A DNA stretch of 64,000 bases from Roseibacillus sp. (GTDB lineage Bacteria > Verrucomicrobiota > Verrucomicrobiia > Verrucomicrobiales > Akkermansiaceae): the NCBI GenBank assembly GCA_051251855.1, contig JBPOGI010000001.1, positions 640,001 to 704,000 of the forward strand, written 5' to 3'. The position numbers and the translations under genes were made by a program. This document shows, in pieces, positions 1 to 9,903 of this stretch. Position 1 is the first letter of the stretch, and each line of letters opens with the position of its first letter. The notes under the pieces are model-generated. The model was not told the DNA's origin. It saw only the letters and a list, made by a program, of their open reading frames with translations, and ran no database searches.

Positions 1-192
1 GTTGCCTTTGTTCCTCGGAGGGCGCTTTCGGCATTTCGACGGGCAGGCAAAGTGGAGCGACTCGATGTCGGTCCTGCGCCCGTTCGTGAGATTGGGGTGC
101 TCAGCCGCAAAGAACCTCGGCCGTCACGCGTGGTGAGAGAGTTTGTTGATGGGATTCTGTTCTCTTGAAGGCAAGTGTTCGCTGCCGCGCTA

Positions 193-2616
193 CTACTTGT
201 ATTCGAGGATTGCAGAGGCTTTGGTGTCCTCGTTCGAGACGAAGCGGATCCAGTAGGCTGAGAAAGCCTTGGGGAACGTGTGATCGATGTTTTCGCTGAT
301 TTGGAAGGTTTGGTAGTTCACCCAATTACCGTCGCCAGTGAGATCCACTTGGGCGGTGATGGTGCAAGGTATACTGGCGGAGAGGGTGAGATGTTTTTCG
401 TCGTAGGCGGTCATGAGGTAGGGGTCGGAAGGGGCTCCGGCTTTGACGGGGGTCTCTTTCCAAGGTCCGCCTTTTCCTCGTGGTTTTCCTAGCTTCCAGG
501 TATCGTCGATGGCTCCGGCCCAGAGCGCGGTTTTGCCGTCATCGGACCGGATGAGGTGTGGGTTGTTAGATTGGGTGTCTTCTTTAATGCCACTCAGGAT
601 GAGGAGGCCGCGATAGGAGCAGAAGTCGTGAATGGCAAGGTTGTGGGTCGCGACGGGACGCACTTTGGTGAAGCCGCCGGCGTTGCGCGCGGGAAGTTCG
701 TAGAAAGTGCCGCCAGCGTTGAAGAAGTCGCGTTCGGTGGCGACTTCGCGGGCGATGCGGTGATTGCCGAGAGGGTGTTCGTCGAGATTGCTTTTGGGCA
801 AGCGCCAACGGTTGCCGTCGTCGTCGGTGTAGATGAGGGAGGCTTCATCGACGGTGAGGGGACCTGAGGCGATGGCGGCATTTTTCTTTGTGAAACGATG
901 GGATGCGGCGTCGTCGATTCTTTTGAGAGCGAGTTTCTCATCGAGTTCGTAGTAACCGAGGTCTTCTCCATTGGAGTCTACTGCAGCGAAGGCGAGAGTT
1001 CGTTTGTCTTTGTCGCGAGCGCGCACGATTCCACCGGTGAGAGAGTCGTCTTTGGTTGCGAGGTCGGCGAAGATGGGGTCGTTTTCGCTGCTGCGGTCGT
1101 CTTTGTTTCGGCAGGTGAAGGCGGCGGTGACGTTCTTGAGATTGGTTTCGGCAACAAGACGAATCCAAGCGAGTTCGGGGTTGCTCATGGAGAAGAAATC
1201 GGTCTTCTTGAACTCAAGGGATTTGAGAATTCGCCACTGGCCGGTTCCTTTTTTGTCGAACTCAAGTCGCACTTTGGCCGTTTCTTCGTTGTCGGTTTTG
1301 AGTTGGAGGGTGTGGAGGTTGTAGCCTGAAGCGAGAAAGGGATCGGAGATGGTGCCAGCTGCTATGTCTTCGTTTTTCCAGACACAACCTCGTCCGATGG
1401 CGGGACCCAGGTTGTCGAGGGTTTCGGGCGCGATGAACCAGAGGTTGGATTGGGACTGAGGGCCCGCGATATGTCCTTTCGCTTTTCGTTTGTTGAGGAA
1501 TTCGCTCTTTGCGGTGTCGTCACAACCCATCACCAAGCGGTCTCCCCAACGGCAGAAGTCGCCGATGACTTTGAGATAGTTGGAACGGGGAGAAATGCCT
1601 CTGGAGTTGGTGGGGGAGAAATCTTTGGGGAACTTCCAAAAGGTGCCGTGCATGGTCATCAGGAGATCTCTTTCGCCAATATCGCGGATGCGTGGCCACT
1701 CGGTGTTCCATCCGTGGGCGCCGTCGTAGGAGTGGGACCCCTTGGGGAGGCGGTAGAAGGACCAGCCTTCTTCGGGAGTGCGCACGCCGAGGAGGAGAGA
1801 TTTATCATCCCAACCTATGGCCCAGATGGGATCGGTTGCGGGATTGGGATTGCCGTGGATTCCTCCTGGACCCGTGATATCGGTGAATTGATTACGGCGA
1901 ATGATGGTCCACTCGTCAGACTTGCCATCCCACTCTGCGAGGACGCCAGAAGGAATGGTGGGTTCTTTCTTGGCTGCTCGAGTTGGTTCGCCGTTGTTAG
2001 AGTAGGTGACCACTCCTTGTCCCGAATACAGTCCCTTACCGTGATAGCCGGGAAGGAGAGAAAGGCGTCTTTCTTCGCTGGAACGGCTCTTTGATTGGTC
2101 GGCGACTTGTTGCTGGTCGTCGGCGAAGAGTTCGGTAGGCTCGAGGGTCTCGACATCAACCTCGTAGAGTCCTTCTTCCATGGTCGCGAAGTAGATTTTC
2201 CCCTCGGGGTCGAAGAGGTGACGCGCGTTTCCGGTATGACGACCGGGCATTTTCTCGTAGGGAATCGCGCGGACACTGCCTTCGGCTGAGATGGCATACG
2301 GCCCCATGAAGAGCTGATTGGACTCTCGGTGAATCATACGATTGGCGGGGGTGCCGCCAAGGGATTCGGGGTGGATGGTTTGGGTCAGGTCCTTGGAAAT
2401 GGAATAAAGTTTGTCGTCGGAACCTTTGGGCCAGTGAGGAGCATAGGTCATCACCCAAAGCTTCTCACCAAAAGGAACAATAGCTCCGGTTCCGCACTCG
2501 GCGTGGGAATTGAACATCGCGAGATGGGGATAGATTCCGGAAAGCTGCACCGGTTCAGCGCAGAGCGGGGAGGTAAGGGTGAGGCTGAGAAGGACTTTTG
2601 AGAGAGAGCTATTCAT
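193..2616 (-). CDS. Secreted conserved hypothetical protein (807 aa), probably beta-propeller-rich with an internal duplication
   Basis: Long ORF with N-terminal signal peptide (MNSSLSKVLLSLTLTSPLCA); repeated motif pairs DFCRWG/DFCSYR and SDPFL/SDPYL. Confidence 0.8.
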   Translation of the reverse strand: MNSSLSKVLLSLTLTSPLCAEPVQLSGIYPHLAMFNSHAECGTGAIVPFGEKLWVMTYAPHWPKGSDDKLYSISKDLTQTIHPESLGGTPANRMIHRESNQLFMGPYAISAEGSVRAIPYEKMPGRHTGNARHLFDPEGKIYFATMEEGLYEVDVETLEPTELFADDQQQVADQSKSRSSEERRLSLLPGYHGKGLYSGQGVVTYSNNGEPTRAAKKEPTIPSGVLAEWDGKSDEWTIIRRNQFTDITGPGGIHGNPNPATDPIWAIGWDDKSLLLGVRTPEEGWSFYRLPKGSHSYDGAHGWNTEWPRIRDIGERDLLMTMHGTFWKFPKDFSPTNSRGISPRSNYLKVIGDFCRWGDRLVMGCDDTAKSEFLNKRKAKGHIAGPQSQSNLWFIAPETLDNLGPAIGRGCVWKNEDIAAGTISDPFLASGYNLHTLQLKTDNEETAKVRLEFDKKGTGQWRILKSLEFKKTDFFSMSNPELAWIRLVAETNLKNVTAAFTCRNKDDRSSENDPIFADLATKDDSLTGGIVRARDKDKRTLAFAAVDSNGEDLGYYELDEKLALKRIDDAASHRFTKKNAAIASGPLTVDEASLIYTDDDGNRWRLPKSNLDEHPLGNHRIAREVATERDFFNAGGTFYELPARNAGGFTKVRPVATHNLAIHDFCSYRGLLILSGIKEDTQSNNPHLIRSDDGKTALWAGAIDDTWKLGKPRGKGGPWKETPVKAGAPSDPYLMTAYDEKHLTLSASIPCTITAQVDLTGDGNWVNYQTFQISENIDHTFPKAFSAYWIRFVSNEDTKASAILEYK

Positions 2617-2687
2617 CCGTGTTTTGAAATTACTCTCAAGGGCGCTAATATCTTTCCCGATTGGCTAAGAAAAGTGGTGGGCTTCGA

Positions 2688-4382
2688 TCACTCTTCAGCT
2701 TTGTTTTGCAACATCTCGGTGCGAGCTTGCCGCAGGGGAGGAGAGGCGATGGTGGAGGCCACCTTCAAAGCTTGGGGGAGGTTGGTTGCGGAGAGTTGGT
2801 CGGCGAGCATGTCGAGAGCTCCGTCGCGGGTGGGACCGTCGGGAATGGATAAGACCCAGTTGGAAGTGTCGCCGGGGTCTCTGACATACCAGTTCTCAGT
2901 CACGGCGCGGGCCAGATCAATGCGGAGAAGGCTTTCGGGTTGAGTCATGACCCAGGTGCTGGTGTCTTGGGGAGAGATGCGGGACCAGCCTCGCACCACC
3001 GCGTCGACAGCTAACATTTGGATGTCTTCGTTTTGAAAAGACTGGGCCCAAGAGATGGCCGCTTGAGGGTCTTCTTGTGCGAGGGGGTAGGCGACGGAGT
3101 TAATGGCAGCGGGTTGTTCGGTTTCGGAAAGCTGTGGGACGAAGTTACTTGCCTTCTCAGGCTCGAGGAGGGCCCAGTAGGAGAAGGCGCTTTGCAGGGC
3201 TTCCTGCCGAATGGAGACCTCTTGTGGGAAACTGGCAACCCACTGGACCGCTTCGGCAGGTTGGCTGCGTGCCCACGAAGAGGAGAGCGAGAGCCAGGCC
3301 GCATCTCGGGCTTCAGTTGTGGGTAAGTTTTCGGCCCAAGTGAAGGCTGCTTGCGGGTCTTTGCGTCCGAGATTGTCTGCGAGTTGAGCTGCGGCCAAAT
3401 TGAGGCTTTCTCCTGAGGGGAGTCTGTTCACAAAGTCCATGGCCGCGGCAGGGTCGGTCTCACTCCAGACATCGAGAAGATTGTTCATTGCCAAATCGTG
3501 CAGTCGACCTTCTTCAAACCCTTGCAACCATTCGAGGACCGCATTGGGTTGTTCGACGGCGAGAGCCCGGACGACTTTCAGAACGGTGGCATCGCGGACT
3601 TCTCCTGCTGGGAGTTGACTGACGAACCCACTCGCTTCATGGGGATCGCGTGCGATGAGTTCGCGGATACTCTCTAACAGAATACGATCCATTGCCTTGC
3701 CGGTTAGGTTTTCCTGCGCAAGGAGAAAGGCACTTTCCGGTTCGGTCTTTGCTCGAATGGTCAGGGCGGCTTCAAGGGCGGCCTCATGAGTGTCTTCTCC
3801 TTGGAGGGTTTGGGCCCATTCCCAAGCGGCGGCGAAGTCGTCGCTTGCCCAGCGGGTGACTAGGGCTCGGGTGGCCCGCGTGAGAGCTTCGCCGGGGGGC
3901 ACGAGGGAGAGTAAGGGTTGCGCTTCTGCGATGTCGTCTTCCGCAAATTGTGAAAAGAGAGCACTGTAAAGAATGAGGTCTTCACTCTGGATCGCCATTT
4001 CCTGCGCGAGTCGCAGAGCGCGCTCGGGGTCGGTTTCTGCGATTCCTCCCAAGACGACGAGAAGGCCGGCGGTGTATTCGTTTCCGGGTGGCAGCCCCTT
4101 GAGATAGGCCAGAGCGCCTTCTGGATCTTCTTTAAACCAAGCTCGCAGATTGCGGCCAAATTGCGCCGAACGAACGCCGGGAGCTGGATCTTGGAGAGCT
4201 TCGTTCAGTCTTGTTTCCCAGCCAGCACCTGAGTTCCCTGTGCTCTTGGAGGACTGGGTAGTGGAGGTTGGGTCTTTGGAGGGGTGCTGAGGGGCTGTCT
4301 TCTTCCAAGCAAAGAAGATCACCCCGAGGAATAGCGCTCCGGAGGTGAGCGCTCCAATCCAAGAGCGAGAGACTTTTGGCAT
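2688..4382 (-). CDS. Membrane-anchored alpha-helical (HEAT-like, DPxxA/W) repeat protein
   Basis: N-terminal TM segment, then many 'W...DP.AA..W...LP.G..R..A' repeats; ATG abuts the stop of the upstream nuclease gene. Confidence 0.8.
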   Translation of the reverse strand: MPKVSRSWIGALTSGALFLGVIFFAWKKTAPQHPSKDPTSTTQSSKSTGNSGAGWETRLNEALQDPAPGVRSAQFGRNLRAWFKEDPEGALAYLKGLPPGNEYTAGLLVVLGGIAETDPERALRLAQEMAIQSEDLILYSALFSQFAEDDIAEAQPLLSLVPPGEALTRATRALVTRWASDDFAAAWEWAQTLQGEDTHEAALEAALTIRAKTEPESAFLLAQENLTGKAMDRILLESIRELIARDPHEASGFVSQLPAGEVRDATVLKVVRALAVEQPNAVLEWLQGFEEGRLHDLAMNNLLDVWSETDPAAAMDFVNRLPSGESLNLAAAQLADNLGRKDPQAAFTWAENLPTTEARDAAWLSLSSSWARSQPAEAVQWVASFPQEVSIRQEALQSAFSYWALLEPEKASNFVPQLSETEQPAAINSVAYPLAQEDPQAAISWAQSFQNEDIQMLAVDAVVRGWSRISPQDTSTWVMTQPESLLRIDLARAVTENWYVRDPGDTSNWVLSIPDGPTRDGALDMLADQLSATNLPQALKVASTIASPPLRQARTEMLQNKAEE

Positions 4383-6278
4383 CTACGAATTTCTGGGATT
4401 CGGCGAGGCGGTGGCAAAATCGGCGGCATTGTCGTCGGTGTCGGTTGCGCCGGATGCTCCGCGGTGGGCGGACTTGCTAGAATTGAGAGAGGGGGTGGCT
4501 CCGCTCCCTTCATAGGCGTTCGCGGAACCAAATCCGACAAAGTCGACAACATCCGAGTTGCTCGTTGGATTGCTCACCACAAGCTGAGTTTGCGAATCGG
4601 TGAGGGCGACCTTGCCGCTCGACCCCGACATGTTGCTGGTGCCGGTTACTTGCGGAGTAGGCAGTTCGGTGGTTCCGCCTGAGCCGCCACCGAGTTTGAT
4701 GAGGTAATAACTGCCTGGGGCAATTGAACCGACCAGGTTGGTCTTGGACCAAGAGCTTCCGCTGGAGCTGGCATATTGCACAGCATAGGAGCTGAGATTG
4801 ATTGTGCTGCTGCTGGCGTTGTAGAGTTCGACGAAATCGTTTTTATAAACTGAGCCGCTATTGCCACCTCCACCATAAACCTGACTGATGGCGAGTCCGC
4901 CGCTTGAGCCCCCCGTTGAAGAGTTTCTGGGGGTGGGAGTGAGGGCGGAAAAGTCAGCTGCATTATTATCGGTATCGGTGGCTCCTCCGGAATCGCGAAT
5001 GGCTGCTTTGGTTGAGGAAAGACTGGGTGTGGAACCGCTGCCTTCATAGGCACTGGCAGAACCAAATCCTACGAAGTCTACGATTGAGCTTCCGCCTATC
5101 GGGTTGCTTCCGCTGAGAGTGGAGGTGGTGTCGGTGAGAGCGACTTTGCCCTTGCTCGCCGACATATTGATGGAAGCGGTGAGGTCAGGAGTGGGCAAGG
5201 CAGGAGCTGAATTGCTGCCTCCCGAAAGTTGAATCAAGAAGTAGCCCCCAGAAGCAATGGACCCGCTGAGGTTCTTCTTGGACCAGGAGCTTCCTGATGA
5301 ACTGGCGTACTGGACGGCGTAGCCACTGAGGTTGATGCTCGTGGTCCCGCCGTTGTAGAGTTCGATGAAGTCCTTTTCAAAGGTCGCTCCGCTGTTGCCG
5401 CCACCCCCATAGACTTGGCTGATGGTCAAGGTGCCGCTGGAGCCTCCGCTTTGGCCGTCGACTTTGGTTCGAAGAACGCTGGCCACACTGTTAGGGAGAG
5501 CGGTGAAGAAGGTGAAGCCGGTATCGGCTTCGAGGACGCTGGCGGAGGTGATGTAGTCTTCCCAAGGATCGCTTCGGATTCCCGAGATGTTGGGAATTTT
5601 CAAGGCAATCACTCGAGTCGAGGTTGTGATACGGCTCAATGCAGTCCCCGAACCAGGGGGAACAACCACCACGATTTTCCAAGTGTAGCCCGGAATTGCC
5701 GCTTCTCCACTCGGTTGAATGTAGGAGCCGGTAAAGAGGCTGGGTCCGGAGATGATTAAGAGCTCGTCTCCGGCTTGAGCGAGACCTTGACAGTAGGCTT
5801 CGAAGTCTTGCCAAGGACCTTGATTGTTGTCTGCCTCTTGAGGGATGACGTTCGACATTTTGAAGGTCTCCTTGTTGTTGGTAAGGATGTCGGTTCGGTC
5901 CAAAGAAGGGCACATGTGACCTCGGTTGAAACCTGAATTGGTATAGTCACTGCTGGTGAGCCGATTGAAACTGCTGGGAAGAAGAGTATCGCGCGTAAAG
6001 GAATTCGAGCGGCCCGAGTTACCGATGTCTGGAGAGGTGAGATCCCAGCTGACCCAGTTCGAGAGACCGAGGTTATTGCTAAAGTCGATCGCGTTTACCG
6101 CCCGAGTATCTAGAAGGTAGTGATTGTTGTTGCTCGAGTTGGTGGTGGCGTTGGTGGGATTTCCCAGCTGCATTTGGAGCGCGTTATTAATCTCTCCAGA
6201 GAGACTCCCCGAGGCCACAAAGGCTGCGGCAGTGATGGTTCCGAAAATACGATGATTGTTTTGGCTGTTACTTTGCAT
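4383..6278 (-). CDS. Secreted DNA/RNA non-specific endonuclease (NucA-like, His-Me finger) with two C-terminal lamin-tail domains
   Basis: NRGHMCPS active-site motif, TFKMSNVIPQ..NNQGPW motif; two ISQVYGGGGNSG..DF[IV]ELYN domains; ATG at 6278 preferred over TTG at 6293. Confidence 0.9.
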   Translation of the reverse strand: MQSNSQNNHRIFGTITAAAFVASGSLSGEINNALQMQLGNPTNATTNSSNNNHYLLDTRAVNAIDFSNNLGLSNWVSWDLTSPDIGNSGRSNSFTRDTLLPSSFNRLTSSDYTNSGFNRGHMCPSLDRTDILTNNKETFKMSNVIPQEADNNQGPWQDFEAYCQGLAQAGDELLIISGPSLFTGSYIQPSGEAAIPGYTWKIVVVVPPGSGTALSRITTSTRVIALKIPNISGIRSDPWEDYITSASVLEADTGFTFFTALPNSVASVLRTKVDGQSGGSSGTLTISQVYGGGGNSGATFEKDFIELYNGGTTSINLSGYAVQYASSSGSSWSKKNLSGSIASGGYFLIQLSGGSNSAPALPTPDLTASINMSASKGKVALTDTTSTLSGSNPIGGSSIVDFVGFGSASAYEGSGSTPSLSSTKAAIRDSGGATDTDNNAADFSALTPTPRNSSTGGSSGGLAISQVYGGGGNSGSVYKNDFVELYNASSSTINLSSYAVQYASSSGSSWSKTNLVGSIAPGSYYLIKLGGGSGGTTELPTPQVTGTSNMSGSSGKVALTDSQTQLVVSNPTSNSDVVDFVGFGSANAYEGSGATPSLNSSKSAHRGASGATDTDDNAADFATASPNPRNS

Positions 6279-6511
6279 TTGTTCCCTTTCCAATTAATTC
6301 CATTTATGAATCAGAGAGGACTGGGGGAACGGCATGGTGGGGTTGCCAGAAATCGCTCAGAAATTCACCCTCAAGGGTAGCAGTTTGAGAGCCAATGTCG
6401 GTATTTCGTGTTGTCACGCAAGTTGCCAGCGATTTTCGGCCGCTAGGAACAGCAAGAGTTTGGAGCTCCTTCTTTCAATCTGAGACTTCAGAGAATCGGA
6501 GTTGAGTTGGT

Positions 6512-8734
6512 TTAGGAAAAGTCGTGGGCGTCGATGTCGGTGACGAGGATGACGTCTTCGGGGATGGGGAGTTTGGCGAGGACGGTGTGGATGTGTTTGG
6601 TGAGGGTACGCGGGTTGCGGTGCTTGATGAGGAGTTGGAAGCGGTGCAGGTCGTGGGCGCGGGTGATGGGGTTGGGATTGGGGAGGCCGATTTCCATGCC
6701 GGCGGGCTGGTTTTCGGAGAGGCGGCGGTGGATGGTTTGGAGGGTGAACTCGGCGCGCTTTTCGTGGCGACTACGGGTGGATAACAAGGCGATGTGATGA
6801 AAGGGCGGGAAGTGGTATTTCTCGCGGAATTCGAGCTCTTGTTCGACGAAGCCGAGAAAGTCGTGGTGGCGGGCGAATTGGATGGAGGGGCTGTGGGGGA
6901 CGAAGGTTTGGATGAAAACTTCGCCTTCCATTTCGCCGCGGCCTGCGCGTCCGGCGACTTGGGTGAGGAGAGAGAAGGTGCGTTCGCCGGCGCGGAAGTC
7001 GGGGGCGTTGAGGGAGAGGTCGGCATTGAGAACGCCGACGAGGGTGACGTTGGGGAAGTCGAGGCCTTTGGCAATCATTTGGGTGCCTAACAGGATGTCG
7101 ATTTTGCGGGCTTTGAAATCGGCGAGGGTGCGTTTGAGGACGTGTTTCTTGCGGACGGTATCGCCGTCGAGTCGGGCGAGGCGGGCTTTGGGGAAGACTT
7201 TGCGGAGGATTTCTTCTACTTTTTCGGTGCCGTAGCCTTGGAGGCGGATGGAGGGGTCTTGGCACTTGGGGCAGATGCGGGGGACGATCGCTTGGTAGCC
7301 GCAGAGGTGGCAGATGAGGCGTTCTTCGGCGCGGTGATAGGTGACGGGGATGGAGCAATGGGCGCACTCGCAGGTGTGGCCGCAGGTGGGACAGGTAAGG
7401 GAACGGGCAAAGCCACGGCGGTTGAGGAAGAGGATGATTTGGTCTCCGGCGGCGAGCTTTTGGTCCATGGCATGGCGCAGGCGTTGGGAGAGAATGGGTG
7501 GACCGCCTTTCTTGGGCTCGTTGCGCATGTCGACGATGCGAACAAGGGGGAGGGCTTGACCGTCGGCTCGTTGGGTGAGGGGGACGAGCTGGTATTTGTC
7601 TTTGGTGCTGGTGTTGAAGTAGCTTTCGACGGAAGGAGTGGCGGAGCCAAGGACGATAGTGGCGCCTTCGATATGGGCGCGAACGACGGCGAGGTCGCGG
7701 CCGTGGTATTTAGGTGGGTTCTCTTGTTTGTAAGTGGTCTCGTGCTCTTCGTCGACGAGGATGAGGCCGAGGTTGGGGAGGGGGGCGAAGATGGCGGAGC
7801 GGGCTCCGACGACGACTTTGGCAACCCCTTTGCGGATGCGGTGCCACTCGTCGAAGCGTTCGCCTTGGGTGAGGGTGGAGTGGAGGATGGCGACGAGTTC
7901 GGGGGTCTCGCTAAAGCGGGACTTGAAGCGTTGTACGGTCTGGGGAGTGAGAGAGATTTCGGGAAGGAGAACGATGACGGTTTTGCCGGCTTCGAGGGCC
8001 GCTTGGGTGGCTTGGAGGTAGACTTCGGTTTTGCCAGAGCCGGTGATGCCGTGGAGGAGAATGGGTTTTCCTTTGGTGTCGGTTGCTTGGGAGTCGAGGT
8101 TGGCCGTGATTTCTTTGAGAGCGACGGCTTGTTCGGGATTGAGTGTCTTTTCGGGATCGTGGAGGAAAGTCTCGTCGGCGTCGGGGTCGCGCTGAATGGC
8201 GATGTCCTTGAGGGTGAGGAGGTTTTTCTCGGAAAGGCCTTTGACAGGACCGCCAGCACCTTCGCCGAGTTGGGAGACGGGCATGCCTTCCTTTCCGGCG
8301 GCTTGGAGGAGGGAGAGGATGGCGTGTTGGCGGGGGGCGCGCTTGGCGAGTTTTTCGAGGACTTCGGGGTCGATGTTTTCGGCGGCGATGGCCTGTTTGA
8401 TGGTTTTTTCGGAGTGGTTTTCCTGGCGCACCGCTTCGGGGAGAAGAGAGCGCATGATGTGTTCGAGCGGGGTGCCGTAGTAGCCGGACATCCAGTCGGC
8501 GAGTTTGAGGAGGCCCGGGGTGATAAGTGGGTCGGGGTCGATGAGGGATTCGAGAGGGCGGAGGTCGAACTGCATTTCCTCGGGTTCGTGGACACGGAGG
8601 ACAGTGCCGGAGGCGGGGCGGTTGCGCAGGGGGACGCGGACGCGATGACCGGGCACGATTTCGAGCCCCTCGGGGATGGCGTAGTCGAAGACGAGTTCGG
8701 AAGGACCGTCGATGAGGACTTGGGCGGCGGGCAT
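6512..8734 (-). CDS. priA: Primosomal protein N' (replication restart helicase)
   Basis: GITGSGKTEVY Walker A, DEEH motif, tandem CxxC zinc motifs, GTQMIAKGLDF, QVAGRAGR. Confidence 0.98.
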   Translation of the reverse strand: MPAAQVLIDGPSELVFDYAIPEGLEIVPGHRVRVPLRNRPASGTVLRVHEPEEMQFDLRPLESLIDPDPLITPGLLKLADWMSGYYGTPLEHIMRSLLPEAVRQENHSEKTIKQAIAAENIDPEVLEKLAKRAPRQHAILSLLQAAGKEGMPVSQLGEGAGGPVKGLSEKNLLTLKDIAIQRDPDADETFLHDPEKTLNPEQAVALKEITANLDSQATDTKGKPILLHGITGSGKTEVYLQATQAALEAGKTVIVLLPEISLTPQTVQRFKSRFSETPELVAILHSTLTQGERFDEWHRIRKGVAKVVVGARSAIFAPLPNLGLILVDEEHETTYKQENPPKYHGRDLAVVRAHIEGATIVLGSATPSVESYFNTSTKDKYQLVPLTQRADGQALPLVRIVDMRNEPKKGGPPILSQRLRHAMDQKLAAGDQIILFLNRRGFARSLTCPTCGHTCECAHCSIPVTYHRAEERLICHLCGYQAIVPRICPKCQDPSIRLQGYGTEKVEEILRKVFPKARLARLDGDTVRKKHVLKRTLADFKARKIDILLGTQMIAKGLDFPNVTLVGVLNADLSLNAPDFRAGERTFSLLTQVAGRAGRGEMEGEVFIQTFVPHSPSIQFARHHDFLGFVEQELEFREKYHFPPFHHIALLSTRSRHEKRAEFTLQTIHRRLSENQPAGMEIGLPNPNPITRAHDLHRFQLLIKHRNPRTLTKHIHTVLAKLPIPEDVILVTDIDAHDFS

Positions 8735-8952
8735 CTAGGTGAGTTAGGCTGGAACGTCTGGGAGGAATGAAAAGAGTTTTTTAACCACCGCCGAGCGGGG
8801 CGCGCAGAAGAACGCAAAGGATCGCAAAGTCGGGGTTAGATTTGGGGGGAGGGAGACAGAGGGAATAGTTTTTCTCAAGGCTTTGCGGATTGGTTGGAGG
8901 CGGGAGAGTGTTTGATTGTGTCTTCGTTTCTGGGCGCTATAGCTCTCCTGAT

Positions 8953-9855
8953 ATGGAGACCAAGAAGAAGAGTTTTATTGCACGGCGGTGGTGGGTCTTT
9001 TTGTTGGTTGGGGCGTTGGTGGGGCCGATGTTAGGGGTTTTGGGCGCGGTCCTCGTGAGCTATCTGATGCCGAGGCAGTACGAGAGCACCGCAGTGGTGC
9101 AAGTTACGCCATCGGGGGCGGGAGCTTCTCACGGTATATTGGAGTCGCGACAGTATTTTGCGACCCAGTTTGAGGTGATCACGGCCGTGAAGACTCTCGC
9201 TCCGGTTGTTGAGGAGTTAGACTTAGTCAATCACTGGAGTAAGACCGAACAAGAGTCGGTGACGCTTCTCAAGGGAGCAATCACGGTAAACCAACGAACT
9301 GGAACCGACTTGATTGAGATCACAATGCGGTATGTCGATCCCATCTTGGCTCAGAAAATTGCGGGGTCAGTAGCGTTGAGCTATCAGAATCGGCGTAATC
9401 ATGAGGAGCGTCGGCGTGCCGATATGATGCTTGAGGCCTTGGATGCTGAGATTGAGGAACAGAAGGGTCACGTAGATAAGAAGCGGAAAGCTTTGGATGC
9501 CATTGTGAGAACTACGGGAAGGCCTTATTTTGAAGGGAAAAGCAGCGAAGCTACTCCGGATGATGAAATGGGCGATGGTTCAGCCGATTACCGGAAGATC
9601 AGGAGAGATTATGAGTCGGCACTGGCGCTTTTGCAGGAGCTCAAGATCAAGCATTCCACTGAGCGGGTTGGACTACGTGCTCCAAGGGTGACGGTTACGA
9701 TTCATGAAGAGCCGAGAGAGAATTTGCGGCCGGTGAGCCCGAATGTTCCCTTCAATCTGATGTTGGGGGTTGTCGGTGGAGGCTTGGGAGGGGTTTTGAT
9801 TGCGATTTTGATGATGCTCTTTTTTGCCGTCTTTTCGATTGGGGGAAAGGATTGA
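8953..9855 (+). CDS. Wzz/GumC-like polysaccharide chain-length determinant family protein
   Basis: N-terminal TM followed by MPRQYESTA, coiled-coil periplasmic region, PVSPN motif and C-terminal Gly-rich TM; ATG at 8953. Confidence 0.75.
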   Translation: METKKKSFIARRWWVFLLVGALVGPMLGVLGAVLVSYLMPRQYESTAVVQVTPSGAGASHGILESRQYFATQFEVITAVKTLAPVVEELDLVNHWSKTEQESVTLLKGAITVNQRTGTDLIEITMRYVDPILAQKIAGSVALSYQNRRNHEERRRADMMLEALDAEIEEQKGHVDKKRKALDAIVRTTGRPYFEGKSSEATPDDEMGDGSADYRKIRRDYESALALLQELKIKHSTERVGLRAPRVTVTIHEEPRENLRPVSPNVPFNLMLGVVGGGLGGVLIAILMMLFFAVFSIGGKD

Positions 9856-9903
9856 TAAGCTGTGTACTTGTGACTTGATGGCTGTTACGCTAGTCAAAAA
9901 GGG

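Noticed and set aside
7142..8817. Long ORFs (542 aa on +, 533 aa on -) overlapping priA
   Set aside because: Shadow frames caused by GC-biased codon usage; low-complexity products. The same pattern occurs over purB, the VWA gene, bioB and serA.
8780..8830. Short AACGCAAAG/ATCGCAAAG repeat tract
   Set aside because: Only two degenerate units; may belong to a dispersed repeat family but too weak to call.
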